DNA of 64,000 nucleotides from Psilocybe cubensis (Eukaryota): NCBI GenBank assembly GCA_017499595.2, contig CM039005.1, positions 2,046,001 to 2,110,000 of the forward strand, read 5' to 3'. Shown piece by piece: positions 52,606 to 64,000 of this stretch (position 1 is its first letter; each line of letters starts with the position of its first letter). The notes under the pieces were generated by a model. It saw only the letters and a program-made list of their open reading frames with translations, ran no database searches and was not told where the DNA came from. The position numbers and the translations under genes were made by a program.

Positions 52606-53607
52606 TTCATTCGTAAAATTAACGTTTTCATTGTATCTATCTTTTTGAATCACTATCCGGTTCGGTCAGAGAATCCCTATGAGTCTCGCACCATCTCACG
52701 ACGACTCGAAGAAAAGTGGACTATATATAGCACAGGTTGCAACGTCACGAAATCTTGTACTCAGAATACGATTGCAGGATGGTTATTGATTATGTGTAGC
52801 GTATCAAATCAAAAGGGAGGTTGGCTCGAAACTTAAAAAAATGGATTGGGAAGTTCATTTTTTCACTTGTTCTCACTATGAAGCCTTGATTTACGACCTT
52901 TCATTTTTGAGAAGATACAGATACATGAATTGGATTCTGTTCGGTAGCGAGAATGCGACTCTAACATGACCCTCAACGCGCTCCTCTATCAGTTGTCTCC
53001 AGGTCCGAATAATAGCCTTATATAACCTAACTTGGTATTCTAGCTACTGAATGGGCTCAACGAGGGTATCTTATTCGCATACTTCTCGGTTCTCCGTCGA
53101 GCCGCGACAAACGATCAATAATGTAGAAACATATCTCCGGCATTTGTTGACCAGCGTCATCGTGTTACAGGCCGGTCTTGATGCCAATAACGCCTGGAGT
53201 CCATGGAACCAAATATACTTGGCTTGCTACGCCCCAAAATGTCGAAAAAAGTTCCATTTCTTGGAAGTTGGAGTCCACAGTTGTAGGTCATTTCGTCATT
53301 GAAGTTCGCAAAGTCCGTGCCGACCAGGCCATTATGCTTCAGTTGACAGTTGGATTCATCAATTGTATGCGTGGAGCGAGTACGTTTTTGATTCTTCTTT
53401 GGATCTAAGCCCTGGAGGGATAACCGGCGGGATCAAATTTAGTATAAAAGACCTGTAAAGTTATCCAAAACTTCAGACAACCTTGAACCACTCACCTCAC
53501 CAACTCAAAGGAAGTAATCCTCAGTATGTTGCTCTCAGACTCCAAGATAGCTTAATGACACAAATCAACTTTCCCGCATCTTTTCCACAGGTTAATCTCA
53601 ATCAATA

Positions 53608-53928
53608 ATGTCCACTACTGCTAAAGGAAGAATTACCGGAGGCAATGGCGAACGTTTCACAGCGATGTTCATCCTCCCCGGAAGTGATAGGGCGGCCACC
53701 TTCCTTGGAAACTTCTACTCCAGTGTCCCGTCGCTCACCTGCGATGATGCGACATTGACCTACAACAATCCCCGCGATCTCACAGCCGCCCGCCAATTCG
53801 AAGCCCAACTCGGTGTCAACAATGTCAAGTTCACAATGAATAATGGTGTTATAATAGAGGGTGTATTAAACACGCCTATCTCCCCCCCCATCAGTGCCTC
53901 GGGAGCTGGTGTCTGGGTTATCGAATAA
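53608..53928 (+). CDS. Uncharacterised 106-aa beta-rich protein without signal peptide (paralog A)
   Basis: Clean ORF with TATA at 53443 and a 5'UTR intron. Ungapped alignment to the 60005-60325 ORF gives 54/106 identities (hand count). Confidence 0.85.
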   Translation: MSTTAKGRITGGNGERFTAMFILPGSDRAATFLGNFYSSVPSLTCDDATLTYNNPRDLTAARQFEAQLGVNNVKFTMNNGVIIEGVLNTPISPPISASGAGVWVIE

Positions 53929-55206
53929 GGTATGAGGCCCACATTTTCTCGGGAGAACACAGAATGGAACTCATAATTTTGTTTTTGAATTCCAGAGATA
54001 TTTGAGCTTTCAAGCTGAATCTATCTCTACGATACAAATCATATAGCAGCATCACCAAAGTATAACATATCTCCTTGAATGATTATATGCTTTGTTCATT
54101 GTTTATATCCATTGGTGTCAATGAGATGAAGAACGCACAAGTGAGAGATATACGACAAATCAATGATGAAAGGACGAGATGGTCAGGCTGATCTCAGATA
54201 AATTTCCTATTTGCAAATGGGTTAGTCAGTTATCAACCGCATTATAAACATCAGAGAATAGATAAAAATTATCGTAATTAATCCCCTCGTATGCCATATC
54301 TGACCCTCTCTTTTCTCATGGAATTACTGCTTTTTTGTAACGTTGGGAGAAACTCCCATGTATGGATCATGAGATCTCGTAAGAGCTATCTGATCCATAC
54401 AGCTTGCCACCACAGAAAGATTCCAGGAGCCAGTAAACCGCTATTCACATAGCTTGGACACAAAACATTGAGTGCAAGTGCATGATGCAACAAAATCGCG
54501 TGCCCATCACAAGGGTGGTTTACCCACCCTCATACAGGCAGACAACTTCGCGCCACATCAACTCGCCATCCATTTCATATGCCCAAACCTACATTTCAGC
54601 TGACCCGAGAGTCGTTGATAAAATTCAAGATCAAATACGATCTTGACACGTCTGCAGACGCCGCGGCACCGATAGGGACCATTGAATGCGAATGGTCTAC
54701 TGGTTTACTAGGGAGGACAGATGATTAACTCACCTATACATATTGCTGGCAGGTGTGTCATACAAAAAAAAAAGATAGATGAAGGATGAGAGTTAAGATG
54801 CGACTTCGGCAAGATGTGTTAATAAAGGGCCAGTGGGCGCTTATATAGTCTTATCGTGCTAATCGCGTATTTCTCACGATATGCTCGGCATTATCCGAAT
54901 TGGTGGTGCCAAAAACACTTCAACAGATCATGATGATGTTCAGGATACAATTCCGAACGCCCAACTCACGCCTCAAGTTTCCTTGACGTAAAAACATAAA
55001 GATATATTATTATTTATGAATCCCTTCGGCAATGAGCTGCATAATTCAAGAAGAATCTTCGCGCTTCGCGGAGGGGGAGTGTGTCCTCAAAGGACCCATT
55101 TGCAAACAAATCATAAACTGTCAGGCTTGAACTTAACTACAATATGACAACGTACAAATGGCTAAGGAAGTATTATCATTAGTGTTTGTCATGGATCCTG
55201 TACGTG

Positions 55207-55906
55207 TCAATCCAGGTTATCGACGTCTGCTTCCAAGGCTTCCCTCTCAAACATGTAAAAGGGTTCGTCATCCTCCCTAATGACCAGACTAGCCACGCTC
55301 GCCGCCTTTTTGATGTTCTTCATGTTGATAAATTTCTTGAAGAAAGATCCAAATCGTGGTTCGCGTGCTGCGAGTTCTTGAATGTCTTCGAATTCTCTTT
55401 CGGTAAGCTGATCAACAAAGGCTTCAAGGGATCTCGCGGATAAATCTTCCGAGGCCTCTCGTTTGAGCATGCCAGCTAGTTTCGATGCCTCCTTTGCCGC
55501 ATTGGAAGCCTTGTCGATATTATGGGGGGTGAAAAAATTCTTGACTTTTCTGAAGAAGGATCCGATGCTAGGTTCACGAAGTACAAGGTCTTCGAGGTAC
55601 TCCAACTCCCTTCGGGTTACTATTTGCTCATCCTCATTCTCCCGCAATGCAAGTTCGGCAATGTGTGCAATCTTTTTAATGCGTGAGGGAGTGGCAGCCT
55701 TTCGGACTTTACGGAAGAAAGAGCCAAAGTTCGGTGTACGAGCTTCAAGTGTCACACCACGCCTTCAATTTCATTAGTTAAGATATACGAAAAGATAAAT
55801 GAGAATCTTACGACTGAATCGAGCTGTCAGTGGCAATAGGGGCAGCGAGGGATGAAGCTGCAGCTAAAATAAGGAATGTTGCCTGAACCGTTGAGATATA
55901 AACCAT
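55207..55906 (-). CDS. Secreted multi-core peptide precursor (Kex2-processed repeat protein-like), 216 aa; exons 55906-55812 and 55762-55207
   Basis: Exon 1 encodes the signal peptide MVYISTVQATFLILAAASSLAAP. A 49-nt GTAAG...CTAAT...AAG intron joins it in frame to the 182-aa ORF, which has three x[FI]GSFF[RK]K cores separated by acidic spacers ending in R. Confidence 0.88.
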
Positions 55907-56869
55907 GATAAAAAGTAGTTAAAAAATATAAAGCGAAGAAGGTTTGGTGTGTTTGCGAAGTATAGCGACACAGTCGCTCGTAAAAACGTAATGAGACCAG
56001 CTGAAGAGTCCTGTTAGTGCACGCCTGTCCTTTTAAATGTCAGGCGCTTTGATATTTGTCTCCTGGCCCCACTGTATGAACACGCAAATGATTATTTTTA
56101 GCTTGCGCGGCGGATTGGCGGATTGACAGACATTAAATTGTATCATAAGCGGATGGCGGACGGATGCTTGTGCGTCGAATCAATACATATGTAAAGTGTT
56201 GTGCCTGGATGTGTTTATACATTCAGCTCATACAGCACTGCCTCTTGACAGATATCTCGTGTTGCAGTGCTTTTTTTCTGTAGTGCGTTGACCATTTGAC
56301 CTGATGTCAATCAGTGACAATCATGCTGAATACATTCTGTATCTATCATCATTACGATATAAATCATAGCGGCAAGGCTGGGGGAACTGTTTCTTGCGAC
56401 AAAAGTGCATAACTGAATGGAAGTATAGCAACACGTCGTTGCAGTGGGCGCCAGCGCTGGCATACAAACCTCGTTGAAGTAATCAGCTGAGATAATTACG
56501 CTTTCTTGAACATCACGGTCGCCAACTCTTCAATTGTGTTGACAACATTAACATGCAGGCCTATTTAAGTAAACACTTTACCTCCTGAGGCATGAAGCTT
56601 GAGCTTGAAGCTTGATAGTATTGCCTTTGGTCAACCTTTGGTGGCACACTACACGGGCCGAATTTCCGGCCATTTTCTTATTTGTGTCAGCATGCATCAC
56701 CCTCTAATGTACACACAATTATCGCCAGAGTTTCCCCATTCGCTATTCCCTCAAACTTTTGGAGTTGGAATTGATTGAATCCCAACCTATCCAATTGCCA
56801 TTATCATAAACTGCAGATAGTCTCGAGCCCCTTTACAACGCTTATCAGAACCACCGGATTACGGCGCCG

Positions 56870-57595
56870 ATGGCGTCAAGGCCAGATCAGGCGACAACAT
56901 CAACTACCCCTCCGCCTCTGCAATCGGCCGCGATTAATAGAGGCGCTGATCTTCTCGTCGAACTTTTGGAGCAGGAGAAACAACAGATAGCTCACCTGTA
57001 CCATGGCGCTTTGAGAGGGTTGGAGCTCCACCTGAAGAAAGCACAAGATCAACATGATGCGCAGATGGCTGCTGCTGAGCACAAACAGCAGGAACAAGGG
57101 CAACGCATTCAGGACTTGACTGCCAGTCTGGTGCAGGCACAATCGTATAATACCGATATCGCGGGAGAATTGGAGGCACTCAGGGCAGAGCATGAGGCAT
57201 TGAAGTTGGCTTTGGGTCAAGCTGGGCTTGTTTACGTGGATGGACAATTGCAGCTCGACGACAGAGCCGCTCGTATTGTCGACGAATTCGTTAAGGCAGC
57301 GAAGATCCAAGAAGATGCGATGATGTCCTCCCCAGTAACAAAACAATATCCACTACAAAGAGATAATTCATTGTCAGAACCTGTTGGCCCTTCCGAATTC
57401 TTCGACGTGTTGTCTCGTGTTATCGACAAAGGCCGCAAGTTTGCTGAACATGTTGAGAAGTACCAACAACCTCAAAGCAAGTCGAATGCCTCCGATAAGC
57501 AAACGATGTTATCTATTCCACAGGATGGGTTGAAAGGTCCACTTCATGCGCTCTCTACCCAATACCTGACTGACTCTGGGCTATGTTCGTTCTAG
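56870..57595 (+). CDS. Hypothetical coiled-coil protein (may have further short 3' exons to ~57775)
   Basis: 241-aa ORF with heptad-like Q/E/L-rich segments (LLVELLEQEKQQI, IQDLTASL, LEALRAEHEALKL). No recognised domain. Confidence 0.65.
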   Translation: MASRPDQATTSTTPPPLQSAAINRGADLLVELLEQEKQQIAHLYHGALRGLELHLKKAQDQHDAQMAAAEHKQQEQGQRIQDLTASLVQAQSYNTDIAGELEALRAEHEALKLALGQAGLVYVDGQLQLDDRAARIVDEFVKAAKIQEDAMMSSPVTKQYPLQRDNSLSEPVGPSEFFDVLSRVIDKGRKFAEHVEKYQQPQSKSNASDKQTMLSIPQDGLKGPLHALSTQYLTDSGLCSF

Positions 57596-57973
57596 CACCT
57601 CATCCACATGATTCATCAAGTATACGAATGAACGCCCAAGCAGTACTTACCACCGCTCTTAGTTAGTACATCAGCTTTACGGAAAACAACTCGCTAACTG
57701 GTTATCTTGGTAGACAATAGGTCACTGACAACTCAGTCCTTCTCGAAGGCGTCTATGAAACACGAAGCGTCTTAAATATATTAATTATTAATGCACTTAA
57801 TTTGATTATAATAGATACCCTTTGTCCACAGACTAGATACCTGGCTTTCCTGTAGTACTACTCCACGTTTGTTGTAATATGATATACAAAGCCGCTTCAG
57901 CATGTATAATACACTCATACAATCCACATTAGATCTTTAGATTAGAGCATACAATGTACTGCACATTCTGGTC

Positions 57974-59390
57974 TTACAGTTTGGCCAAATTTACCGGACT
58001 TGCCTTGTCATCACTGTCCCAAAGGCTCCATATGAGGCCCTTATCTGGTCCAAGGCCCTCTTTAACCAGCTTCAGATATGCGTCTCTAACGTTGGCGGGT
58101 CCATATACCCGCTCCAACTTCACCCAATCCTGGCAATCGTCCATAAGCGCCTTCCAAGCTTCATTCTGTCGGCTAAAGATTTCTAGTATTGGTATTTGGC
58201 GCCGGCGGATGTCTAGCCACTCCGGCATGAAGAATTTCTCCACTTTTGGCCAAAAAGAGGATGTGCGAGTATTGGAATCGTAGTTGTTGGAGGTGTCGAA
58301 TGTGTTTTCTTCCCATTGCATTGACGAGCCCTCCGCAGAAGATGGGGAAAGGTTCGTCATTCCAAGTGAAACCATCGCTGCTAACTGAGGGGTGTATGGA
58401 GAAGCAAAATGAGAATTTATAACCTTATTCAGATCGTCGCTTCCCGCAACGTCAATGTAGATCCACCTCTCGTCACGATGACCTTGTAAAGATGCAGCCG
58501 AGGTGAAAGAGCCATAGTCAAGTACCTCGTGATAGAGACCCAACTTCTTCGTAAAGTTGACGTTTCTTCTTGAAGTAAGACCTATAACTCGCGTGTTCGG
58601 ATCTGCTTCACCTTTCCTAATGCGCTTCGATATCGCATAGGCAAGGCAAAAGGCTGTTTTGGAAGACGCAGATGATATCAGAATTGTAGAAGCGCCCCCT
58701 TTGTATCTGGAAGAGTGCAGCCAGTCTTCGCACCAGTAGGATGTCCAGAAAAGGGGTCGATAAAGCATGGTAAGATCCTCGGCATCCGGAGTAGGAATGT
58801 AATGCGGGTCTGCTTCGCACCTCAGGATTTGGTTGTATGGTCTTCTATCTGAGATGAAGTTAGAGAGGGGAGCGCGTCATGTGGAAACGTAGTATTGCGA
58901 TTACCTGCCGGTAAGTGAGGACGTGGCACATAAAACGCAAACTTGTTCACATCAGATGGTGACACCGGCAAAAGCAGGTAGCGAGTTGGGGCTAGATACC
59001 CGTACACTCGTTCCCCGTTCTTGATTTTAGGGTGACTCGACTTGACAACGGTCCCAAATCCCCAGACAGGGATTAATCCGTGCGTCTTAGAGGAGCTTTT
59101 TCCATCGTCCGACTCTGGCGCAGGATGGAAATCGAAGTATCTATCGACAGCGGGGTTTTCTGACGATGAGAAAATGCTTTTGATGCCGCAGACCGAACGT
59201 TGACTCACCGAAAATGTGGATGTTCTCCCAAAGCTTGGTAGGTCACATTGTTGGCGGAGAATCCAAACCTATCCACTTTTATCAAAACATGGTTTGTGGG
59301 TATGTCATTAGGTATGTGAGAGGCGACGAGAGAAGGATTGTCTGGATCTTGGCCTGAGGATAGTCGCGGAGAGGAAAGTGTTATGTTCAT
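57974..59390 (-). CDS. DUF2855 family protein, three exons
   Basis: VLIKVDRFGFSANNVTYQALGE.../YFDFHPAP...IPVWGFGTVVKSSHPKIKNGERVYGY...LYRPLFWTSYWCED...ILISSASSKTAF...IGLTS...EKFFMPEW match the DUF2855 pattern. Confidence 0.85.
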
Positions 59391-60004
59391 GTTGACAGCG
59401 GAAGCCCTAACTCAAGGTTAAACGTTTTGTTACTGGTGCTGAAGGTGGTTTACGGGAGACGCTGGCAGCGAAAGTTGTGCGTCAAGATCAGGGGCGTTAC
59501 GTCCGTTTATACGACGCGTTTAAAGGTTGGCACCGGCAATCTTGGAAACCGGAACCGGTTCGGCCTTTGCCACCAGACTGATAGCCTTTGCGTCTTCGCA
59601 TTTCCCGACGTCATAAAAAACGCAGGTCCCTTGCACAAAGAGAGGGTCAGGGTATATATGCATACAAGGAATTTTTCGAGGATGATTTGCAATTTTTGGT
59701 AAAATCTTCAACTAGTAACTAATGAATCCACCTTTTTTCTTCGCTTATTTAGTACAGATTGCAAGAAGCACAAAACACGGCACGGCATATTATCATTTAA
59801 AATGATACGACATACTTCGGCGAAGCTGAAGTTCACAGAAGCCAAAGTGTTCATACACCACCAAACACGATATATAGCTTATTTTCCTCCGCATCCTGCT
59901 GCTAGCAAATGAACATCTGAGTATATCTGGAATTGGAGAATCAAAAGATTTTTTTCAAAATGCAGTCAGACCATAATCTTCCCAGGTAATCATCGAGCTC
60001 ATAC

Positions 60005-60325
60005 CTAGTTCTGATCCCAGACTCCGCTTCCTGAGACACTGTCGGCAGGGGAAATGGGCATGTCCAATATACCTTGAATGGTCACACCATTGGTGAGCGT
60101 GAGCTTGATGTTGGTGACGCCAATTTGGCCGCTGAATTCGCGGGTGCCGGTGAGATCGCTCTCTTTGTTGTAGGTCACGACCGCATTGGCGCTGTTGAAC
60201 GTCTGGACACTGGAGCTGAAGTCTCCAGCGAAGTTAGCCTGCAGACCACTTCCGGGGAGGACAAAGGTCGCTGTGAAACGTGTGCTGCTGGTTGCGGATA
60301 TTGATCCTTGAGCAGTGGTGGACAT
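60005..60325 (-). CDS. Uncharacterised 106-aa beta-rich protein without signal peptide (paralog B)
   Basis: Same length as paralog A and collinear with it. TATAAA at 60481-60486 on the minus strand and a 5'UTR intron at 60419-60343. Confidence 0.85.
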   Translation of the reverse strand: MSTTAQGSISATSSTRFTATFVLPGSGLQANFAGDFSSSVQTFNSANAVVTYNKESDLTGTREFSGQIGVTNIKLTLTNGVTIQGILDMPISPADSVSGSGVWDQN

Positions 60326-62664
60326 TATTGATTGAGATTGACCTGTAGAAAAAATATGATGAAAGTGGGTTCTGGCTTTAGACTATCTTGCAGTTTGTAG
60401 ATAGCAGAGCGAGGCTTACTTGTTTGAGTTGGTAGATGAGGTGGGTGATTGTCTGAAGTTTTGTGTAGCTTTGCTGGGCCTTTATACTAAATATGACGCC
60501 CCCAAGTTTCCTTCAAGGGCATAGATCGAAACAAGTAATCCCTCCACGCGTTTTACGCATAGTCGTCGACCAATTATGATAAAGGGTTTGTTCGGTACGG
60601 ACTTCAGTTCCGTTCACAGACTTGAAGCTAGCTGCTACAGAGATCTAGTTCGCGAAGTGATCTTCAACCGTGAATTTCCAAAACATGGACTTTCTCTGAT
60701 GCTAATCACCGCGAATTTATTTGACTCTAAGAAACCAAAGCGCTATTGGCAAATGTATGTTAAAATTGCAAAACTATCTAGCATCTCTCTGGTCAACAAA
60801 TTCCAAATCAATGTTTGTATCTTATTCTCGTTTTCAGTATTCCTATGGTTCCATGAGGTTCCATGTCTCAACTTGAGCCGAAATAATCAGATGTCGTTGT
60901 CGAAGTAGGCCAAATTTAGGTAAGGTGTACGAAAATTCTATGTGGACCCGAAGAGAATCCACAAATATGAGGTAATGAACTTTGAAGTGCACTTGGAGAG
61001 GCTGGAGATGACTCCCCTGCATCTCTTGAGTCATATTTTGGTCAAGTACCGAATAGAACACAGCTACCACAAGAAACAGAGGTCCGAACTATGGCTATGG
61101 AAGGTCGGACGAGTGAAAAATTAAAGATGCTATTCAATTTCAAACCAGGTGCAGGGTTTAATTATAGTTCTTTTATCTTCGTTTTCCAATCGATTTGTGA
61201 GAACGTGCGAGCTTCATAGTAAATGCACCATACCGCACGGTCATATGCTCCATTGTTGTCATCGATGGTCAGAATTGTATGACAGAGAATTGGTCAGGCT
61301 CCACTCTATCGACCGTCCCTGTTTAATAGATTAAGATGGAAGTATTAATATGTTGAAAAAATGAAACGAAGGAGGGGTTAATTCTCAGACGTAGTAAGGG
61401 TTTGTTCTCAGAGAAAGATTCATGGAAAGTCAGCATTATCTACTGTCGAATCAGGGTTACTTTTCCCTCAAGATTTACACACGGATTGGACAAAGGGTTT
61501 GTCGTCAGCTCGCTGTTCGGGGTGAAGCGTAAGTCCCATGAAAAACTCGTTCATCCCAAGTTCAAATATTACTTGAATTTTGAGTGGTTGATAGCAATCG
61601 AAAGAGAGAATATTACGTCGGAGTCGGTCAAAGAGGTAGATATACTCTAGAACGCACCCCAGAATCGTTTAGCATCTAGGGTGTGGGGTTGTGTTGGCAG
61701 GGTTTGCACCCTTTTGTACACCATAATTTGTACTTTTGAGTGAATGAACAAGAAGGAACCCAGTTTTTCGATCAAAATAGCACGGACCTTGGTATACCAT
61801 GGACCTGTGTCGTGGGTTCTAATGAAGCCGCCCTAGAAATTTCTGGTGGAGGGAGCGTATCGGAGCTATATCAGTCATGTCAATAAATTATTAGGGGATA
61901 ATTGAGCCAGAGAATACCTACTGGCATTACCTAAATAGACATCCACCAGACCTGCAACAAAAGCGAGTTTCCGCCGTCCTTGTTCGTTGTACACTTGTTT
62001 CCATTGTCCTACTCATTCCCGGAAAAAATGGCCCAATTTCGCCATTAGTTGCGGCTCACTCTGGGTATACAATGCTTGTGAAGGCTAAATTCTAATCAAA
62101 ATGAAGATAACGGCGAGGGAAACAGCCACGGCAGCTCTAGGTAGAATTCGAATTCATGTCAGGAGAAGAACGGCGGAGAATGATTAGAAAATTGATGCGC
62201 GATGAGAAACATGAAAGAAGTACCGGCTAAAAGGGGAAGAAGCATGGCTTTGTATAATCTCAGCCACTACTTTCACTGTCAGGTAACAGAACAAGCCTAA
62301 GACCTTTCACGCACATAAGTCGAAATAACAGCATTAATTGGAGACCACCAGCGTATCAGATGCGAATTGCAGCGTCATCAGCGTGGTGATGTGCGGCGGG
62401 TGCTGATGTTGTTTCTACCTATTAGCCCCCGTTTGATAGCGTTTAAGTATTATGACACCCTCAACTTTCAGGAATGCTCGAGTTGAACTTTCGCGCCAAG
62501 TGGAGGGGGGAAGCATTCAGTTATCCTGTGGTTGGTGGAGTGCAATGCTTGTAATTTGATAGTTCGCTCCAAAGCAATGTATTGTTAGAGCGGTTAAGAA
62601 TATTACAGCAAGAACTCAATGCGGTGTTAGATAGAAATCCTTGAAAAAGGTGGCGGGAGGGTTA

Positions 62665-64000
62665 TTAATAGAATTTAATGAGAGATTGAATTCTTTCACT
62701 TTCACTTGCTTCTGGATTGTTAATGGTGCTGTCGACAAGCTACATATACAGTTAGAATCAGTTTCAGGGAAAGAATTTCCTAAAGGAATCACGAAAGCCC
62801 ATACGCACTTTATTCACCGACAAATACTTCTCCACCAACTCTTCCCCCAGAATCACTACAAGCTCTCGATCGCTCTGAATATTCTTCCGTCCTTCCTCCC
62901 AACTGAGCGGCATGCGTCTTACGATACCCAGAGCCGCTCTCTCCTCCGGCGACATCTGCGCTGCGCTCTGAGGTCCCGGATTATCCTGCACCTCCAATTT
63001 CAAGCCAGCGCGCACCCCCGCGTGTCCGGCGCCTATGATACCGGCAAGCGCGAGGTACGGGTTCGCCGTGCCGTCCATGAACCGCAGCTCGAACCGGCGG
63101 CTCGAAGGCGACGCTGGGTTGGTGAGGCGCACGGGCGCCTCGCGGTTCTCGGTGCCCCAGCAAACGTACGTGCCACCGGACCACCGCCCGTCGCCTACCC
63201 TTTGGTACGAGGCCGCGGTGGGCAGTGTTAGCGCTGGTAAAGCTGGGAGGTGCGCAAGCAGCCCGGCGAGGAAGGTAGATTCCAGAGGAGAGAGGACATT
63301 GGGCGCCTTTGGGGTGTGAAGCGGGTGCTTGGGAGAAGGGGTACGAACGGTTGAGTGGATGGATAAGTGCATATGGGCGGCGCTGCCGATTGCGCTTGTG
63401 GGTAGACGGGGGGTGAAGGTTGCACGGAGCCCGTAGCGGGCAGCTGTGTTGTAGATGATTTCCCGGGTGTGGACTAGTGCGTCGGCTGATTCGAGAGGTG
63501 GGAGTGGGCCCGTCACGACCTCATACTATCTTGTGTCAATTAAAGTATATGTTGAATTGTTCAATGAGGTTCACCTGTCCAGCACCAGCTTCAGCGTGAT
63601 ACAGTTGGAGTTCAATACCCGATTCTTGGACAGATTTGGCTATTTCATTCATGACAGTTGTTTCAATGGCTCCGGGACGCATAGAATCTGAGCTTGAAAA
63701 CTCATGGATATTTACAGCCTCGATGGGATCAGTACTCTTTAACAACACAAACTCGCTTTCAAAGCCAACAAGAAATTTAACATGCGATTCGTTTTCTGCG
63801 CAACTAAACAACTTCAGCATTCTTTAAAATGAAATAGTCATGGAAAGCTTACTCAACAATTCGTTTTAGTGTGGTCCTAGGACAGAGAGGAACTGCAACA
63901 CTCGAAGAACCATCCGGAAGCTCAACAGGAGCCTTTTCTTCGAACCAACTCATCAAGCTCGCATGGCCGGGTTCATACGGACACCTCCTCAAAGTGCGAA
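62665..64000 (-). CDS. FluG-type / glutamine synthetase I-like catalytic domain protein, 3' part; begins beyond the right edge
   Basis: GFESEFVLL, YHAEAGAGQ/YEVVTGP, GSAAHMHLS, WGTENREAPVR and RFELRFMDGTANPY are GS catalytic motifs. The last exon ends ...SLIKFY* at 62665. Confidence 0.88.

Noticed and set aside
62665..64000. Assigning the gene as full-length fluG or as canonical GLN1
   Set aside because: Only the GS-like C-terminal part is in the window. Its motifs are GSI/FluG-type, but the amidohydrolase domain cannot be seen.

Overview
Eukaryotic, intron-rich DNA (about 50-60 nt GT-AG introns) from a mushroom-forming basidiomycete, probably Agaricales; this placement is inferred from gene families and intron style. 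Left to right: the 5' end of a Sec24-family gene divergent from a micro-exon-rich MSH6; three tandem intronless F-box genes (one pseudogenised) with a hairpin MITE between them; a divergent CFAP20/BUG22-domain gene; a microsatellite-saturated region holding a ~1040-aa low-complexity protein; a 1.09-kb non-autonomous Mutator-like element with a 9-bp TSD; two tandem intron-containing tRNA-Ser(GCT); a class I cAMP phosphodiesterase; and a Num1/ApsA PH-domain gene. An accessory-looking block at 51-60 kb holds a Lys-N-type M35 metalloprotease, two convergent paralogous 106-aa beta-rich proteins, a DUF2855 gene and a secreted multi-core precursor. That precursor, the most interesting item, appears to encode three cationic amphipathic peptides separated by acidic spacers with Kex2/Ste13-type processing sites. 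The window ends inside a FluG/glutamine-synthetase-like gene. Exon structures were read by eye and no database searches were run.
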